DNA of 39,999 bases from NCBI GenBank assembly GCA_002269645.1, contig NIVC01003478.1:1-39999 (forward strand), written 5' to 3'. The translations under genes and the position numbers were made by a program. This document shows positions 36,614-39,999 of the stretch, piece after piece. The notes beneath the pieces are model-generated. The model was not told the origin of the DNA, did no database searches, and was given only the letters and a program-made list of their open reading frames with translations. The stretch is from Macrostomum lignano (lineage: Eukaryota). Positions within the stretch are counted from its first letter, which is position 1; each line of letters starts with the position of its first letter.

Positions 36614-37415
36614 TACTACCAAGACCTTCTCAGCAATCAAGGAACAATCACGTCTAGCTACTTGCTAGGCAACCCAGTTATCAATCAAAGGTACTTCTTA
36701 CCTTGACGTCGTTTGGAGATATCTCTTCTGTAGACTTCGAGTAGATCTCGCGTGGATCTCTGTGATCTCGTAGATCAGGCGCCTTGATTCTTCAGTTGCT
36801 CTGGTTCTGGTTCTTCTTGTACTTCCGATGAGGTTCCTTCCGGCCGGTGTCTTCAGTCAAGACCAATCAGAGGCCTCGTATTAACAATGGGATCCCTGCG
36901 CCAAATAGCGGTTTCTGTTAAGCCTTCTTCTTCTAGAAGTGCCTCTATGCACTCTAGGTAATGCGGATATCTCTAGTAGCTCCTCTAAGATCTACTAGGG
37001 TAGTCCTTCAGGCGACTACAGCCAATAGAGTCTCAACAGACTCAACTAGACTCAAGTAACACTGGACTTGAGCGAGACGTCTCAACAACAGGCGCAAATA
37101 AAAAAGGCTTACCGCAACAACTCGACCAAGTCTTGCCTTTGACTGGGCGACCAGGTAGTCTTCCTAAAGACAACCTCTTCGAAGCTTCTCCTATCGTCGG
37201 GAGTTGACTCCGGGTGCGCTTTGGACCGCTTATATTTATAGATGATTCGGTAGTCCAAAAATAACATCATGACTCATGTGTTGCGCTATAAGGGGTAACA
37301 TGACTCATCGTGTGTTATAAATAGTAACATGATTCATTGTGCTGCTATAAATAGTAACATGATTCATTTCTAAAGTTTAGGTGCGCATGCGTGCACTTAC
37401 TTACTTATAGTAGCA
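36614..37415 (-). mobile_element. Probable solo LTR (802 bp)
   Basis: Flanked by a 4-bp direct repeat TCCT (36610-36613 and 37416-37419). The ends form an imperfect inverted repeat (TACTAC...GTAGCA; TG...TA on the minus strand). TATA-like TATAAATATA on the minus strand at about 37231-37240, with ~30-bp enhancer-like repeats upstream of it. Orientation is inferred. Confidence 0.55.
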
Positions 37416-38047
37416 TCCTACGATTGTCAATTTACTTTTTTTGTGGGAGGTAGAACACTCTACACCTGCAGAGCTGCTTATTTAAAGCTAGTTGCCAGCC
37501 AGACTCAATAGAAGATCCACTGTTGCAGTGGAACAGGCAGACAGGCGTGTGCTCGCTATTCCAATACCAGCAGATATGCAGAGCCGCTAGCAGTGCTGTG
37601 GTAAGCGACTGTTCAACTTATCGGCTTCAAGCACTGGCCACCTGCGATGCTTCTGTGTCAATTGGCTCTCCATTGATTGGCGTGGCTGGCTGGTAGGCGG
37701 CACAGGCTGAGCAATCTTGTGTGTGTGCCAGCCTGAGCCCAGCAACTATCAGTTTGAAAGCACCAATCTGCTTTGGACAGATGAAAGCGCCACATTTGAC
37801 GGCTCAACTTCTTACGGTCTGCTGAGGAATGAGCACTTTGTTTCTAAAAATAGTTTTGTCAAATTTCACCTGGCTGAAACGCGTGCCGAAAGTTCAACCG
37901 TTCATTGAGGCCGTGTCCTGCGCTGACTACTCCTTTGGACCTCATCTGTGGGAATTCGGCAAAGCTAATTAACTCTATTTTAATAAGAGCTGGACCAGTG
38001 TCTAAAGGCACCGATTTTGCATTGTTCTCGGATGCGTCTGCCTTGCC

Positions 38048-38180
38048 GCAACCTGCAGATTATCCCTCAGATGCAACCTGCAGATTATCCCTCAGATGCA
38101 ACCTGCAGATTATCCCTCGGATGCAACCTGCAGATTATCCCTCAGATGCAACCTGCAGATTATCCCTCAGATGCAACCTG
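38048..38180. repeat. 25-bp minisatellite (cctgcagattatccctcagatgcaa), about 5 units
   Basis: Same unit as 39627-39999. Confidence 0.95.
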
Positions 38181-38866
38181 TGTGCACAAAAAAATCCCCA
38201 TTTGCAGCTCAAGGCCGCTCAGCCAACTCAGATCCAGCAGCGGACCAGTCCGGCTCATCCGCCGCTCCCAGCTGGTCAGTCGAGGATTTCCCGCTGGCAA
38301 ATCCCTCCATTGCCTGTCCGCCTCAGTTTGCCCGATGACCAGAATGCCTGGATTGATGTTGGCATAAGTGCCGGGCCTACCAATGTCACTAGTAGCCTGT
38401 TCTTAGGCCGAAGAATGCTCGAAGTCCTATCGCTTGACCGTACTCGTGTTTTTATATTGCTCTTGGCCACAGATTATCGTCCAACAACCACTAATCTTGA
38501 GGGAGTTGTCAGCGCTGTGGCAATAGCCAATGTGTCCATGTCCCTCCTCTTTTGTCTCCTTATCTTCTCTCTCATCATTTCTCTCACCTCTCATCTCTTC
38601 CTCTTCTCTCTCTATACACCACCGACCCCTGGTTTAAGCAGCCTATAACCGAATAACGTGCGAATTCAACCTGTTAAATACATTATTCTTTTTTGGGACC
38701 CGTTATAATTGAAATTTGTTATTTTTCCCTAGAACTTAAATAGACGAAGCATAAAATAACTTTGTCTGGTCCAGTAGTGAGATTTCCTAACTAACTATAA
38801 GCTGATAAGTCTAACTGTACTTTTGCAACTAATATAACGCCTATATAATAAGACTACGAGTATATT

Positions 38867-39188
38867 GGTTGTAGTCTAGTAGTAGTTAAAGTGCCGGACT
38901 TACGACTTAAAGGGCGGGTGTTCGATTCTCAATTCACTCAGAACAATTTCTGTCCTTAAGCAAGACACTTAACTCTGCATTGCTTCAGTTCACCCAGCTG
39001 TAAAATGGATGCCAGCATTAGCTGGGGTAATTGAGGGTGTGTGGCGACCCCCCAGTCCTTAGACTGAACAGCCGTACGCAGCCTTCAGATGCGCTGCGCA
39101 ATAGCTGCGGCTGAGCTGTCGGTTGCACATTTGGCCATTAGGCCGCGTATAATCAATAATAATAATTAATAATAATAATAATAATATT
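38867..39188 (+). mobile_element. tRNA-derived SINE with CORE-like central domain, copy B, with (AAT)n tail
   Basis: Degenerate A box, GTTCGATTC at 38920-38928, CORE-like segment at 38951-39008, body shared with copy A, and an (AAT)n tail at about 39148-39188. Confidence 0.8.
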
Positions 39189-39203
39189 AAACTTCTACGT
39201 CAG

Positions 39204-39614
39204 ATCCTGGCTCGCGGCTCTAAGAAAAGCGACCAACTGCGTCGCCAGCTAATGTCGGCAGTCTCGGCGTCGACGCCGCCTGACGATGCCGCCCTTGACG
39301 CCGCGCTGGCGGTGAAGCAGAAGCTGCTAGAATATGACCGGAATAGCGCCAGGCGTACCAAGGTTATCGACGATCAGATGGATTATTTTGAGTCCGACGG
39401 CGCCGTTTGGTTGTCGGACGCTGAAAAGTCGAAATTGCGCCAGCGCGAGTCGGAAATCCGGCAGCAGAGACACAAGTCCCGGCTGGAGCGTCGCTGGTGT
39501 ACGATTTTGCCGGCCGGTGTCTGGTTGACGATCCGGATCCCGCCGCGCAGGGCCACATCGACCCCGAGCAGGACGATGTGCTGCGCGAGATTGCCGAGGC
39601 CAGGACTCGTGCTG
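39204..39614 (+). CDS. TRIP4: TRIP4 coding exon 2 (contains a 1-nt frame break near 39494)
   Basis: Acceptor ctacgtcag|ATC. Reads ILARGSKKSDQLRRQLM...KQKLLEYDRNSARRTKVIDDQMDYF...WLS...RHKSRL, then LVYDFAGR in a shifted frame, collinear with known TRIP4 (KDKLLEFDRTS.RRTQVIDDESDYF...DFAGR). Donor G|GTCAGT at 39615. The rest of the gene is outside the window. Confidence 0.9.
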
Positions 39615-39626
39615 GTCAGTGGACAC

Positions 39627-39999
39627 TGAGATTAACCCTCAGGTGCAACTGTAGAGATTAATCCTCAGGTGCAACTGTAGAGATTAACCTTCAGATGCAA
39701 ACCTGCAGACACAGAGAGTAATCCTCAGATGCAACCTGCAGATTATCCCTCAGATGCAACCTGCAGATTATCCCTCAGATGCAACTGCAGATTATCCCTC
39801 AGATGCAACCTGCAGATTATCCCTCAGATGCAACCTGCAGATTATCCCTCAGATGCAACCTGCAGATTATCCCTCAGATGCAACCTGCAGATTATCCCTC
39901 AGATCAACCTGCAGATTATCCCTCAGATGCAACCTGCAGATTATCCCTCAGATGCAACCTGCAGATTATCCCTCAGATGCAACCTGCAGATTATCCCTC
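39627..39999. repeat. 25-bp minisatellite running off the window end
   Basis: Starts about 12 nt after the TRIP4 exon 2 donor with 24-bp variant units, then becomes homogeneous 25-mers. Confidence 0.95.

Noticed and set aside
37420-38648. Nested gene in the TRIP4 intron (ORF 37905-38648 and minus-strand exon-like pieces)
   Set aside because: The ORF is partly 25-mer repeat and low-complexity CT-rich sequence, has no recognisable domain and gives no consistent exon chain. A frame tested across the LTR insertion site hits a stop.
39489-39500. Programmed ribosomal frameshift in TRIP4
   Set aside because: There is no slippery heptamer or stimulatory structure. A single C dropout explains it.

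Overview
Eukaryotic (metazoan) genomic DNA with spliceosomal introns, GC-rich exons, AT-rich intergenic DNA, TTAGGG repeats and minisatellite-filled introns. The style suggests a flatworm such as Macrostomum, but that is inference only. Two divergent protein-coding genes are present. (1) Minus strand 1749-22111: a hand-built, phase-consistent 13-exon model of about 980 codons with an N-terminal TM helix, an SMP-like domain, a C2 domain and a low-complexity tail, matching the C2CD2/C2CD2L (TMEM24) ER lipid-transfer family. (2) Plus strand from 34687: the first two coding exons of TRIP4/ASC-1 (C2HC5 zinc finger), which continues beyond the window. Each gene has one apparent single-base deletion, most likely a long-read error. 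Between the genes lie a head-to-tail dimer of non-autonomous Helitron-like elements carrying two internal minisatellites each, two adjacent fold-back elements (one with a strong strand-biased G:U pattern) and a degenerate ~120-bp stem-loop repeat. The TRIP4 intron holds two CORE-like tRNA-SINEs, a 3' LINE remnant and a probable solo LTR. Most long ORFs in the supplied track are tandem-repeat artefacts. No CRISPR array, rRNA gene or intact tRNA gene is seen. I did not find a demonstrably new biological system. The best leads are the wobble-biased hairpin, the Helitron dimer, the CORE-SINEs and splice-signal-bearing intronic arrays.
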